A DNA stretch of 64,000 nucleotides, taken from Nitrospirota bacterium (GTDB lineage Bacteria > Nitrospirota > Thermodesulfovibrionia > Thermodesulfovibrionales > Dissulfurispiraceae). Positions 45,491-56,710 of this stretch are shown in pieces (the first letter of the stretch is position 1; every line of letters begins with the position of its first letter). The translations under genes were made by a program, and so were the position numbers. The stretch is from assembly GCA_963790025.1 (NCBI GenBank), contig CAWBMP010000004.1, forward strand, positions 1,568,001 to 1,632,000, given 5' to 3'. A model generated the notes under the pieces. The model was given only the letters and a program-made list of their open reading frames with translations, was not told the DNA's origin and did not search any database.

Positions 45491-47095
45491 TCAAAATTTA
45501 TTCAGCTTAGGACGTATCTCTTCTTTGCTTATCGTCAAAGCATATATGGGATAGATATTCTCACCAAAGCGCTCATCAGCAACATGTTTAAATCCAAAAT
45601 ACTTACATAATCTCACTCCAACTTCCGTGATCGGAGAAGTAGCTACATACTTGGCATGTTCGAGCAGATAGTTTCCAACAGATCTGATTAAGAAACTACC
45701 CGCCCGCGAAGCGCCCCGTGAAGGGATAGTTGCAACAACTTCCAGAAAGAAATAATCCGTATCCTCATCTCTCAAAACCCCTAATTCAGAAAGATCAATA
45801 TCTGCAGATACGTCGCTGATAGAACTAATTACTCCTGCTAAAATGCGTTCAAATAGTGCCTTTTTAATGGGAACCAATGTCGCATAACCTAAGACCCAAT
45901 TTTTTTCGTCGCGAATTACCCAAAACACCCGCGGGTTATATGCATACCATCGTTTTAAGCTAGCAACAGAGAACACATGCCCATAGCCCGGGAAATTCCC
46001 CCATTCAATTTGCAGAATGCTTGATAATTCATCCTCACGAGCTAAATCAAAAGTGAGTTCACCGTGTATTTCGCGGTCTAATTTACTATATTCATGGTAG
46101 AGATAATCAGTGCCATGATCTTTTTCAATCTCGCAACTGAGAGGGCACCCTCCTCCACAGCGATCAAAATCATTACAAATCTTGCACCTTCCCGGCAAAT
46201 ATTCTCTATTTCTAAATGATTCGAGTATCTCAGAAGTATTCCAAATCTCCAGAAGCGGCCGTTCCAAAATATTGCCCAAACGATATCGTGGATCAGCCCC
46301 ACAACGAGAAAGAGCTCCTTCTATATTTACTGACGCAATTGATATACCCCACTTGCAGGGCGTCATATATTTCTTTAGTTCATTAGGAAGAATGCATAAT
46401 GGAAAGGGGTCTTCAACGGTTATTCTTATTCCAAGTTCTTTGTCAATTCTTTTGATGTCATTTAAAGACTGCTCTGCTTGTTGCCTTGTTAGCGTGAAAT
46501 TTGATGAGCCCGCTGCTCTGCCGAATGGAACTATTCTTTGCACAATGATGTAATTCAATTTCACTTTCTCTACGTTGACAATCCTATTAACTAAATCGAA
46601 GATTTTATCACTGATAGTGGGGAGAATATTAATAGCTATTCCTGTTTCCCGCCCAAGTCCTGACAATCTTTTCAATCTACCAATCACTGCCTGATATGCC
46701 CCCTCCCGGCGACAAAACTGATCATGGAGTCTGGGCTCGACATGGTGAATAGTGGTCTCAAATGCCGAGATATATTTTGCCGCCTCCTCTAAGGAAGAAT
46801 TTGGAAACAGTAAGGTATTTGATAAAATCGACACACGAATGCCATACGATTCAACAGCATACTTGGCGAGTTCTACGGCATGAGGATAGGCGCCAGGATC
46901 GCCGCCAAGCAACATAATGTTTTTGACTTTAGCAGAGCCGAGGGCGTCTACAACCTTTGTCGCTTTTTCTAGTGGAGGATGCTTCGGCTTGGCGGAAACA
47001 TCGTCGCCCGCATAACAAAAGGGACATTGATGAGAACAGACATAGGTAACGTGGAAGGCGACCGTATCAACGTGGTATTTATAGTCATCGGCCAT
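45491..47095 (-). CDS. Radical SAM/SPASM protein fused to a C-terminal GNAT-like domain
   Basis: CSHQCPFC, LGGDP, C..G..RC..CKIC..CGGGC; tail with VLGYATLVP..FFLEVVA..TEVGVRLCKYFGF. Confidence 0.82.
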   Translation of the reverse strand: MADDYKYHVDTVAFHVTYVCSHQCPFCYAGDDVSAKPKHPPLEKATKVVDALGSAKVKNIMLLGGDPGAYPHAVELAKYAVESYGIRVSILSNTLLFPNSSLEEAAKYISAFETTIHHVEPRLHDQFCRREGAYQAVIGRLKRLSGLGRETGIAINILPTISDKIFDLVNRIVNVEKVKLNYIIVQRIVPFGRAAGSSNFTLTRQQAEQSLNDIKRIDKELGIRITVEDPFPLCILPNELKKYMTPCKWGISIASVNIEGALSRCGADPRYRLGNILERPLLEIWNTSEILESFRNREYLPGRCKICNDFDRCGGGCPLSCEIEKDHGTDYLYHEYSKLDREIHGELTFDLAREDELSSILQIEWGNFPGYGHVFSVASLKRWYAYNPRVFWVIRDEKNWVLGYATLVPIKKALFERILAGVISSISDVSADIDLSELGVLRDEDTDYFFLEVVATIPSRGASRAGSFLIRSVGNYLLEHAKYVATSPITEVGVRLCKYFGFKHVADERFGENIYPIYALTISKEEIRPKLNKF

Positions 47096-47107
47096 GCTTT
47101 ATATCCT

Positions 47108-47677
47108 TTATACGCCAGTCGGCTTATTGAGCAATTTAATGACTTCTTTTAAACTCAGTACGATAAACGCACTCGTGATAATCCACAATATAATAACTCC
47201 GCTAATCGGTTGTGCACTGAATCGCCAAAATCCTATCAATGCTAAAAATAGACCCATTACGTCATAAATGATGATCGATGTTATTCGGTTTTCTTTAGGA
47301 ATAAAAATCAGATCCCAAAGTATGAAGATACAGTGCATAACGATGAAACCAGTGTAGAACAGCTGTATAGTCCCAGAAGTTTTTAGTCCATCCATTAAGC
47401 TCTTATAGGATAAAAATAAAAAAAATAGAACTATCAAATCAGAAATAAAAAGCTTATATGTGTAAACGCTCTTGGAAACATATGTGTACATATAGTCAAG
47501 GGAAAAGTTAACAACAATACCTACTGAAGCGATCACATAAATAACTTTACCAAGACCTTCACCAATATGAGAAAAATCATCTAAAAGGTTGTAAAATAAC
47601 GTACCAAGGATGGCTGGATATAGCAGAGACGTCATTAAGATATACGGCATTGAATTGCATTGATTTGAATTATTCAT
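47108..47677 (-). CDS. Hypothetical multi-pass membrane protein
   Basis: about six hydrophobic segments; 12 bp from the rSAM gene. Confidence 0.75.
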   Translation of the reverse strand: MNNSNQCNSMPYILMTSLLYPAILGTLFYNLLDDFSHIGEGLGKVIYVIASVGIVVNFSLDYMYTYVSKSVYTYKLFISDLIVLFFLFLSYKSLMDGLKTSGTIQLFYTGFIVMHCIFILWDLIFIPKENRITSIIIYDVMGLFLALIGFWRFSAQPISGVIILWIITSAFIVLSLKEVIKLLNKPTGV

Positions 47678-47752
47678 AGTACTGATAGGGAGTATTCTAA
47701 TCTTCTACTCTGAGCTTAGAAAGCACCTCCTCAGAATGATACAGCATACTTG

Positions 47753-48316
47753 TCATTCACTGCTAAGCGCTTCATAAAGTTTATTGGCTGATTTCTTACA
47801 ACTTGTTAAAATTTCTGGAAAGTTTGAAATTAAATCATCCTTGTTTAGGCAACCCTTCGCAGTCACAATATCAACAATATCAATTCCGGCATTTTCGCAG
47901 AAATATTTTACAGAATCAGCCGCCAATTTAATACTTTCGGCTTCTTCGCCTTCAGTTTGTCCTACAGCAAAAATGATAGCTTTTTTTCCCTTTAATGTTT
48001 GAGGTGCTGCCAAAGGATTTAAGCGATCAAAAAAGACTTTCAATTCCCCAGAAAGCAAGCTCCATCTCGCTGGCGTGCCAAAAATAAAAGCATCCGCCCG
48101 AGCCACGTCTGGTAAAAGCTCACGCATATCATCATCTTTTACACATTTGCCTTCGGCGTCACACTCTAGACACCCATCGCATACTTCCAATTTGACATCC
48201 CGTAAATGAATTAATTCAACATCACAATCTTTTGCTGTCAGCTCATGAGTTGCTGCTTCCACCATTGCGTATGTATTACCCCTTCTTGAGCTACCTACAA
48301 TTGCCAATACTCTCAT
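47753..48316 (-). CDS. Flavodoxin-fold iron-sulfur flavoprotein (Isf / FMN-reductase family)
   Basis: GSSRRGNT, CDGCLEC.....C..DDDM, GTP. Confidence 0.88.
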   Translation of the reverse strand: MRVLAIVGSSRRGNTYAMVEAATHELTAKDCDVELIHLRDVKLEVCDGCLECDAEGKCVKDDDMRELLPDVARADAFIFGTPARWSLLSGELKVFFDRLNPLAAPQTLKGKKAIIFAVGQTEGEEAESIKLAADSVKYFCENAGIDIVDIVTAKGCLNKDDLISNFPEILTSCKKSANKLYEALSSE

Positions 48317-48480
48317 TTTGCCCCCCTATAGTAAAGGACTGTTAAACATCTTGTATTGATTCAATATTATAGGTTAATGTCAGGTTAATGCAATAGCTGG
48401 GCAAACCCCTGGGAAACACTATATTAAATGCTCCACCCTGTTCAGCATTCGTATATTTCTCTCCCATTAAGATTTGGAAG

Positions 48481-49032
48481 TCAAACCGTTATCTTCTTCC
48501 TGTCAAAGTTTCTTAAAAATGGGTGCATATATTTATTATTGGATTTATCTTTTATCAAGACTTTCCAATCATTACCTGTAATAAACTTACGACAATTCTT
48601 ATTTTTGCATTTACAACGCATTTCAAATTTTGGATTTGATTCTATAAGACCATAGTCATAAGTTAACTCTTCGCCTTTTTTAATGTTTTTAATTGCAATA
48701 AAGTCCCCATTATTATTAAATCCGAGGTTACCCTCGCATGAGTGGTTAAAATACCATTCAATTGATAACTTATTGAAATCTAAGTTTTCTGGCGGGATAA
48801 ATCCTTCAGGAGTTCCAACACAAAAAGCCATTACTTTATTTTTAACGGCACTATCTAAATGAACATATTCTTTCCAGGACATCAGATGGTTAAAGTCATT
48901 TACTTTCAACCCTTCAGCAACCTTTTGCCCTTTTTTAATATTAGTAACCGCAAAAACGCCAACGCCACCTTTATGAATAAGAGAAGGCTTTAATTCGAGT
49001 AACACTTTAACAATGTTTCTTTGATTTTCCAT
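48481..49032 (-). CDS. SET-domain protein with post-SET Cys motif
   Basis: GVGVFA, YFNHSCEGN, IKKGEELTYDY, CKCKNKNCR. Confidence 0.92.
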   Translation of the reverse strand: MENQRNIVKVLLELKPSLIHKGGVGVFAVTNIKKGQKVAEGLKVNDFNHLMSWKEYVHLDSAVKNKVMAFCVGTPEGFIPPENLDFNKLSIEWYFNHSCEGNLGFNNNGDFIAIKNIKKGEELTYDYGLIESNPKFEMRCKCKNKNCRKFITGNDWKVLIKDKSNNKYMHPFLRNFDRKKITV

Positions 49033-49684
49033 AACACTCAGATTTCTTAAATTTTTCTATTTCGTTATCAAATTTCTTTTCTATATCCCACATGCTCTCC
49101 AAAGAATGCTCTTTCTTTTCTTTTCGGAGACGAAACTCGATTGGTAATAATTCGTCATACATATCTTGAATATCCTCATATAACGTCTTATCGTCACCCC
49201 ACTTTTTTCTGATTTCTCGAATTGCTTCGTTAGTATAGTGATAATATCGCATAACGTACCATCCGATAGTTGCCCACACAAGCTCTTCTTTTAATACTCC
49301 ATTTTCATAATAGGAGGCTATCCTTTCTAGAAATTCTATAACTCGCTCAACTTTATTTAAATTATCATCGCTGAAACTCGTCATAGGCAGAACTGAACAC
49401 AACTCACATCTGGCGTTTCTCATGTCTTCACTGTTCCACTCTTTGTATAATTCTGTCAAAGTTTGTAATTCTAATTGTTTTTGAAGCTGTTTTCCCTGCC
49501 ACACAATTACTGCTGCAGTAATAAGCGTCAACAATAAGGTCGCCCACGCAGCATAGTCTACATCTAACTTTCGATTGATAAGTGCAGACCTCACTAGAAA
49601 ACCGATTATAAAGCCAGATCCCGACAAACAAAGCCAGATGACCCAATTGTGAAATGTTTTTATCTTATAAATAAAAAGTTTCAT
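49007..49684 (-). CDS. Hypothetical protein, 2 TM plus soluble helical domain (DUF4760-like)
   Basis: VIEFLERIASYYENGVL; overlaps the SET gene. Confidence 0.7.
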   Translation of the reverse strand: MKLFIYKIKTFHNWVIWLCLSGSGFIIGFLVRSALINRKLDVDYAAWATLLLTLITAAVIVWQGKQLQKQLELQTLTELYKEWNSEDMRNARCELCSVLPMTSFSDDNLNKVERVIEFLERIASYYENGVLKEELVWATIGWYVMRYYHYTNEAIREIRKKWGDDKTLYEDIQDMYDELLPIEFRLRKEKKEHSLESMWDIEKKFDNEIEKFKKSECYGKSKKHC

Positions 49685-49942
49685 ACTGCGCGGATCTTTC
49701 CTATTGCGGTTTTATCATTTATCACAAATTCTCCTGATAATATACACCTTTATAAAGCAATATGAAAGAGTTCGTTGCATGAAGGACTGGAAATGACCAA
49801 GGCTGCATGCACGACGCACGGTTATAACCGGTAACCAATGGTGTTGCTGAGATGTCCGAGGTGTTTAGTATCAGGTGGACCCCGGATCGGAACCGATAGG
49901 TTCCCCATGCTATATTAGATGCCACAGATAATTGATTCAAAC

Positions 49943-49979
49943 AAAAAAAGGGTTGCCCCGATTTCAGAAGCAACCCCTT
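49943..49979 (-). terminator. Intrinsic-terminator-like hairpin downstream of gyrB
   Basis: minus strand AAGGGGTTGC-loop-GCAACCCTTTTTTT. Confidence 0.65.
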
Positions 49980-49982
49980 AAC

Positions 49983-50040
49983 AAAACTTTACTGCACGAA
50001 ATGCAAAACTTTATTGCACAATTCTAAAACTTTACTGCAT
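49983..50040. repeat. Three 15-bp direct repeats AAAACTTTA(C/T)TGCA(C/T), period 21-22 bp
   Basis: copies at 49983, 50005, 50026. Confidence 0.9.
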
Positions 50041-50047
50041 CCTACAC

Positions 50048-52465
<2,418 letters not shown>

Positions 52466-52468
52466 TTA

Positions 52469-52589
52469 TTAAAGAAAGTAAGTAGTAAGCAGCAAAAGAA
52501 AAAATGACTTATAAGTCTTTTCTACTTGTCCACTACTGCCTACTGCTTATTGCCTACTGTTTCTGTTTAGTCTTTCTGCCTACTGTCTT
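52469..52589. repeat. Heptamer-based (CTACTGC-like) imperfect palindromic intergenic element
   Basis: AGTAAGTAGTAAGCAG... opposite ...CTACTGCCTACTGCTTATTGCCTACTG. Confidence 0.6.
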
Positions 52590-53693
52590 TTACAGCCTCA
52601 TCGGCATAACTACATATTTGTAATCGTTATTTTCGTTTTCCATGATGAGCGTAGGACTCAGCGGCTCATTAAGTTTAATCAAAATACTATCGGTGCTCAT
52701 AACGGTCAAGGCATCAAGAATGTATCGTGCGTTAAATGCCAAAGTGATCGGGTCTCCTGCATATTCCATTGACAGCTCATCCTTTGCTTCTCCGATGTCG
52801 GGATTGGAAGCGGATATCCCCATGGTATTGGGCCCAATATCGACTTTTACTGCGCTGCTCCTCTCTTTGCTCATTATGGAGACCCTTCGCAGCGATTTCA
52901 TAAGTGCTATCCTGTCTATGACAATGGTCTTCTCACAGGCAGCCGGGATGACCTGCTCGTAATTGGGGTATGTCCCCTCTATAAGTCTCGTGAGGAATTG
53001 TATCTTGTCGATTTCGAACAGGATATGGTTCTTCCCCAGCATCATCTTGACCTGTTTAGCTTCGTCATCAAGGAATCTGCGCAGTTCAGACAGCGACTTT
53101 CTGGAAAAAATTATCTTTTTCTCTTCTTTTAGTTTTGAACCCATTGCCTTCTGGGAAAGTGCAAGCCTGTGGCCGTCAGTGCCGACAACAGTAAGTGTAC
53201 CATCCGGCTTTATATTAAAAAGAAGGCCGTTCAAAACATACCGCGTATCCGACTCCCCGGCCGAATAGAGGGTTTTATCAATCATCTCGAGGAGCAGCAG
53301 GGAATCTATTTCCATCTTTTCAGTATCTTCCGACAGCGCCGGCCAGACCGGAAATTCATTATGAGAGAGGCAGGCGAGGCGAAAGTGGCTTTTCCCGCTT
53401 TTTACTTTAAGCCATTTTTCATCGCTCGATTCAAGTACTATATTGCCGTCCACCTCCCGCACAATCTCAAATAGTTTTTTTGCAGGAATGCAGAGCTTGC
53501 CCTCAGTCTCGACGGTGAGCGTGAGCGGTTCTTTAAAGGCAGTTTCAAGGTCCGTGGCCGTTATGTATGCTTCTCCCTTCTCGGCCGACAGAAGAAAATG
53601 GCTCAAGATAGGCATAGTATTTTTTTTCTCAACTATGTTCTGAATGTTTGCGAGCTTTTTCTGCAATTCATTCTTATCTACCGTTACCTTCAT
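52590..53693 (-). CDS. dnaN: DNA polymerase III beta clamp
   Basis: MPILSH, ATDLE, TDGHRL, LIEGTYPNY, VVMPMRL. Confidence 0.98.
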   Translation of the reverse strand: MKVTVDKNELQKKLANIQNIVEKKNTMPILSHFLLSAEKGEAYITATDLETAFKEPLTLTVETEGKLCIPAKKLFEIVREVDGNIVLESSDEKWLKVKSGKSHFRLACLSHNEFPVWPALSEDTEKMEIDSLLLLEMIDKTLYSAGESDTRYVLNGLLFNIKPDGTLTVVGTDGHRLALSQKAMGSKLKEEKKIIFSRKSLSELRRFLDDEAKQVKMMLGKNHILFEIDKIQFLTRLIEGTYPNYEQVIPAACEKTIVIDRIALMKSLRRVSIMSKERSSAVKVDIGPNTMGISASNPDIGEAKDELSMEYAGDPITLAFNARYILDALTVMSTDSILIKLNEPLSPTLIMENENNDYKYVVMPMRL

Positions 53694-53779
53694 CGATCCC
53701 CTCCATTAGTTCCGGCTTAACCGGTTGTTAAGCTGCCGGTAATACTTGCCGAAAGCACAAGTTGTTTATTCGCAACTCC

Positions 53780-55114
53780 TTATACCCCGGTAATCCTCCG
53801 TACTATATTATCAATGCTTTTATTGAGATTGTCATCCTTTCCGCGCTTTTCTTCAATCTGCTTGCAGGCATAAATCACCGTCGCATGGTCTTTCCCGCCA
53901 AAATATCTTCCGATTTCACTAAGCGACAGATTGGTATTGCGCTTTGCTATATACATGGCTATCTGCCGCGCATTCGCTATTTCCTTTGTCCTCTTCCTTG
54001 CCTTTATATCCTGAATTTTCAAGCCGAAAAAATCGCATACGATCTTCTGTATCAATTCAACGGTAATGGGCCTCTCATCGTCCACTATAAGATCTTTAAG
54101 CACAACTTTTGCCATGGCCGTATCAATCGGCATGGCCGTCAGCGATGAATGTGCCCACAGCTTTATAAGACACCCCTCGAGTTCTCTTATATTGGACTTT
54201 ATTTTGGTCGCGATAAAATAGGCCACCTCTTCCGGTATGTTCATTTTTTCTACTGCCGCTTTTTTATAAATAATCGCGATCTTTGTTTCAACTTCAGGAG
54301 GCTGTATATCGGCTATAAGCCCCATGCTGAACCGCGACCTGAGCCTGTCTGTTATATCGGATATCTCCAAAGGCGCCCTGTCACTCGATACAACGATCTG
54401 GCGCTGCTTTTCATAAAGTGCATTAAAGGTGTGGAAAAATTCTTCCTGAGTTGTGGTTTTATTTGCGATAAACTGAATGTCATCGATAAGCATGACATCG
54501 ACATTCCTGAATTTGTCCTTAAACTCCGCCATCTTTTCATGCCGCAAGGCAGAAATGACTTCATTGGTAAACTGCTCGGCAGAAACATAACAGACTATTT
54601 TATCGGGATATTTATCGACTATCATATTCCCTATGGCATTCATGAGATGCGTCTTGCCGAGTCCTACACCTCCGTAAATAAATAACGGATTATATGCAAC
54701 CCCGGGGTTCTCTGCGATCCTCCTGGAGGCTGCATGAGCAAACTGGTTCGACGGGCCCACAACAAAGGTATCAAAAATATACTTCGGACTTAAATAAATT
54801 CCCCTGCTTGCCAGCTTGATCTTTCTGGTCTCAAGTTTAGTATCATGCTTTTTGAGTGCAGCGTCCTCTTTCTCTATTATTTTATATTTAACGGACACCG
54901 GGTATCCCACAATCCCTTCCAGTGTTTCGTTAATAATTACAGGATAATAATCCTCAATCCATTCTCTGAAAAACCTGTTGGGAATGCCGATGGTTATGAC
55001 CTTGTCTTTAAGACCGATGAATCTCATCGGCTTGAACCACAGTTCAAAAAGACTATCACCAACTTTTTTAGCAATCTCGAGAAGATTTTTATTCCATATC
55101 TCTTCTATATTCAC
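53780..55114 (-). CDS. dnaA: Chromosomal replication initiator
   Basis: YNPLFIYGGVGLGKTHL, DDIQF, QEEFFHTFN, GGKDHATV; probable GTG start (MNIEEIW). Confidence 0.98.
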   Translation of the reverse strand: MNIEEIWNKNLLEIAKKVGDSLFELWFKPMRFIGLKDKVITIGIPNRFFREWIEDYYPVIINETLEGIVGYPVSVKYKIIEKEDAALKKHDTKLETRKIKLASRGIYLSPKYIFDTFVVGPSNQFAHAASRRIAENPGVAYNPLFIYGGVGLGKTHLMNAIGNMIVDKYPDKIVCYVSAEQFTNEVISALRHEKMAEFKDKFRNVDVMLIDDIQFIANKTTTQEEFFHTFNALYEKQRQIVVSSDRAPLEISDITDRLRSRFSMGLIADIQPPEVETKIAIIYKKAAVEKMNIPEEVAYFIATKIKSNIRELEGCLIKLWAHSSLTAMPIDTAMAKVVLKDLIVDDERPITVELIQKIVCDFFGLKIQDIKARKRTKEIANARQIAMYIAKRNTNLSLSEIGRYFGGKDHATVIYACKQIEEKRGKDDNLNKSIDNIVRRITGV

Positions 55115-55199
55115 TCTTCCGCTATCCCCATGACCCAAAACTTTATAAAAAACATAGATATTACGGGGCCCATGCAAAAACCGGATTTATCAGATCATT

Positions 55200-55505
55200 G
55201 CGAGGGCCCCACTATAAAAAACATAAATAAAGCGCCGTTATTAACATGATATTCACAATTGTTAATAATTCTCCGGCCTTAGCACAGTCATTATATCCTA
55301 TCCGTTAAAACAAGGGCAATAAATTGTTGATTGAACTGTGCAAAAAAAAAGTCCTTCTTATTTGTTCAAAACGCATAAAAAGGTATTCAACTTATTTCCG
55401 TTCAAACTACTTGCCATTCCATAGCTTTAAGCCATTATTAACAATTCAACACTGCTTACTACTACTACTATTCAATAAATCTAAAAGAGCAGAAGAAAGA
55501 AAAAT
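55200..55505. other. oriC: Replication origin oriC (DnaA boxes, DnaA-trios, AT-rich)
   Basis: TTATTAACA at 55238 and 55435, ATATTCACA at 55249, TGTTAATAA at 55260; TACTACTACTACTA at 55457-55470 followed by AT-rich DNA. Confidence 0.75.
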
Positions 55506-55509
55506 TTTA

Positions 55510-56617
55510 TTATAGGGCCGTATTCCAGTTCAAATACCCCTTTATGAAAATATCTATATCTCCATCCAGGACGGCATTTATATTACCGGTTTCACTGCCT
55601 GTTCTATGGTCTTTTACAAGCTGGTATGGCTGTAATACATATGACCTTATCTGATTACCCCAGGATATGCCTTTTTTATCTCCTATAATCGTATCCATTT
55701 TTTTTTCTCTTTCTCTGACAGACATATCATAAAGTCTTGACTTAAGAATTCTCATCGCCAGCTCTTTGTTTCTGTGCTGAGAGCGTTCAGTCTGGCATGC
55801 AACTATCATCCCAGACGGCGCATGGGTAATCCTCACCGCCGAAGACACCTTATTTACATGCTGTCCTCCCGCACCCGAGGCCCTGAATGTATCGATTTTT
55901 AGGTCCTCCTCTCTGATTTCAACAGGAACATCATCTTCTATTTCAGGATAAACAAGCACAGCTGAGAAAGAAGTATGCCTTCTTTTATTTGCATCAAAAG
56001 GGGATATTCTTACAAGGCGGTGAATCCCTGCTTCTCCTTTAAGGTAACCGTAAGTATAATTACCAACGACGGTAAATGTTGCATCTTTAATCCCTGCCTC
56101 GTCGCCAGGCTGCACATCTGCCATCACAATTTTGAAACCATGACGTTCTGCCCAGCGTACATACATACGCATAAGCATTTGCGCCCAATCCTGGCTTTCG
56201 GTACCTCCTGCCCCGGGATGAATAGTAATTATCGCATTATTCTTGTCCAGTTCCCCCGAAAGAAGAATTCTTAACTCAGTGTCATCAAGCTCTTGCTTAA
56301 GGGTATCCAGTTCCTTTTTGAACTCTTCAAGGAATATTTCACCACCCTCTTCATTTAAAAGGCCTGCTGACTCTTCAAGATAATGGACCTTATCAAGAGC
56401 AGATTCAACGGGCCGGATAGATTCGAGTATTTCCGATTTTGTCTTGTGTAGTTTTTTGATTTTATCAGGCGAAGCCCATACTTCCTCTGATAACAGTTCT
56501 TTTTCTATAAGTAATAAATCAGCTTTCAGTTTATCGACATCAAAGATAACCTCTTAAAGAAAGAACTTTTTCCTTCAAACGCGAGAGCCCCTCCACCAAA
56601 TCACTCTGTAACAGCAT
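55510..56617 (-). CDS. prfB: Peptide chain release factor 2 with programmed +1 frameshift
   Basis: ATG 56617; internal SD AGAGGT-TAT-CTT-TGA at 56545-56540 (codons 25/26); SPF and GGQ motifs in the +1 frame. Confidence 0.96.
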
Positions 56618-56710
56618 ACAATCCCTCCCTTTTAGAAACAGTGTCAGTGATTTGTGTCAGTTAAATAAATATAAATATTTTTTACTGACACTGATACTAA
56701 TCTCTGCCTT

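Noticed and set aside
55510..56617. prfB as a broken pseudogene
   Set aside because: The internal stop is the canonical programmed +1 frameshift.
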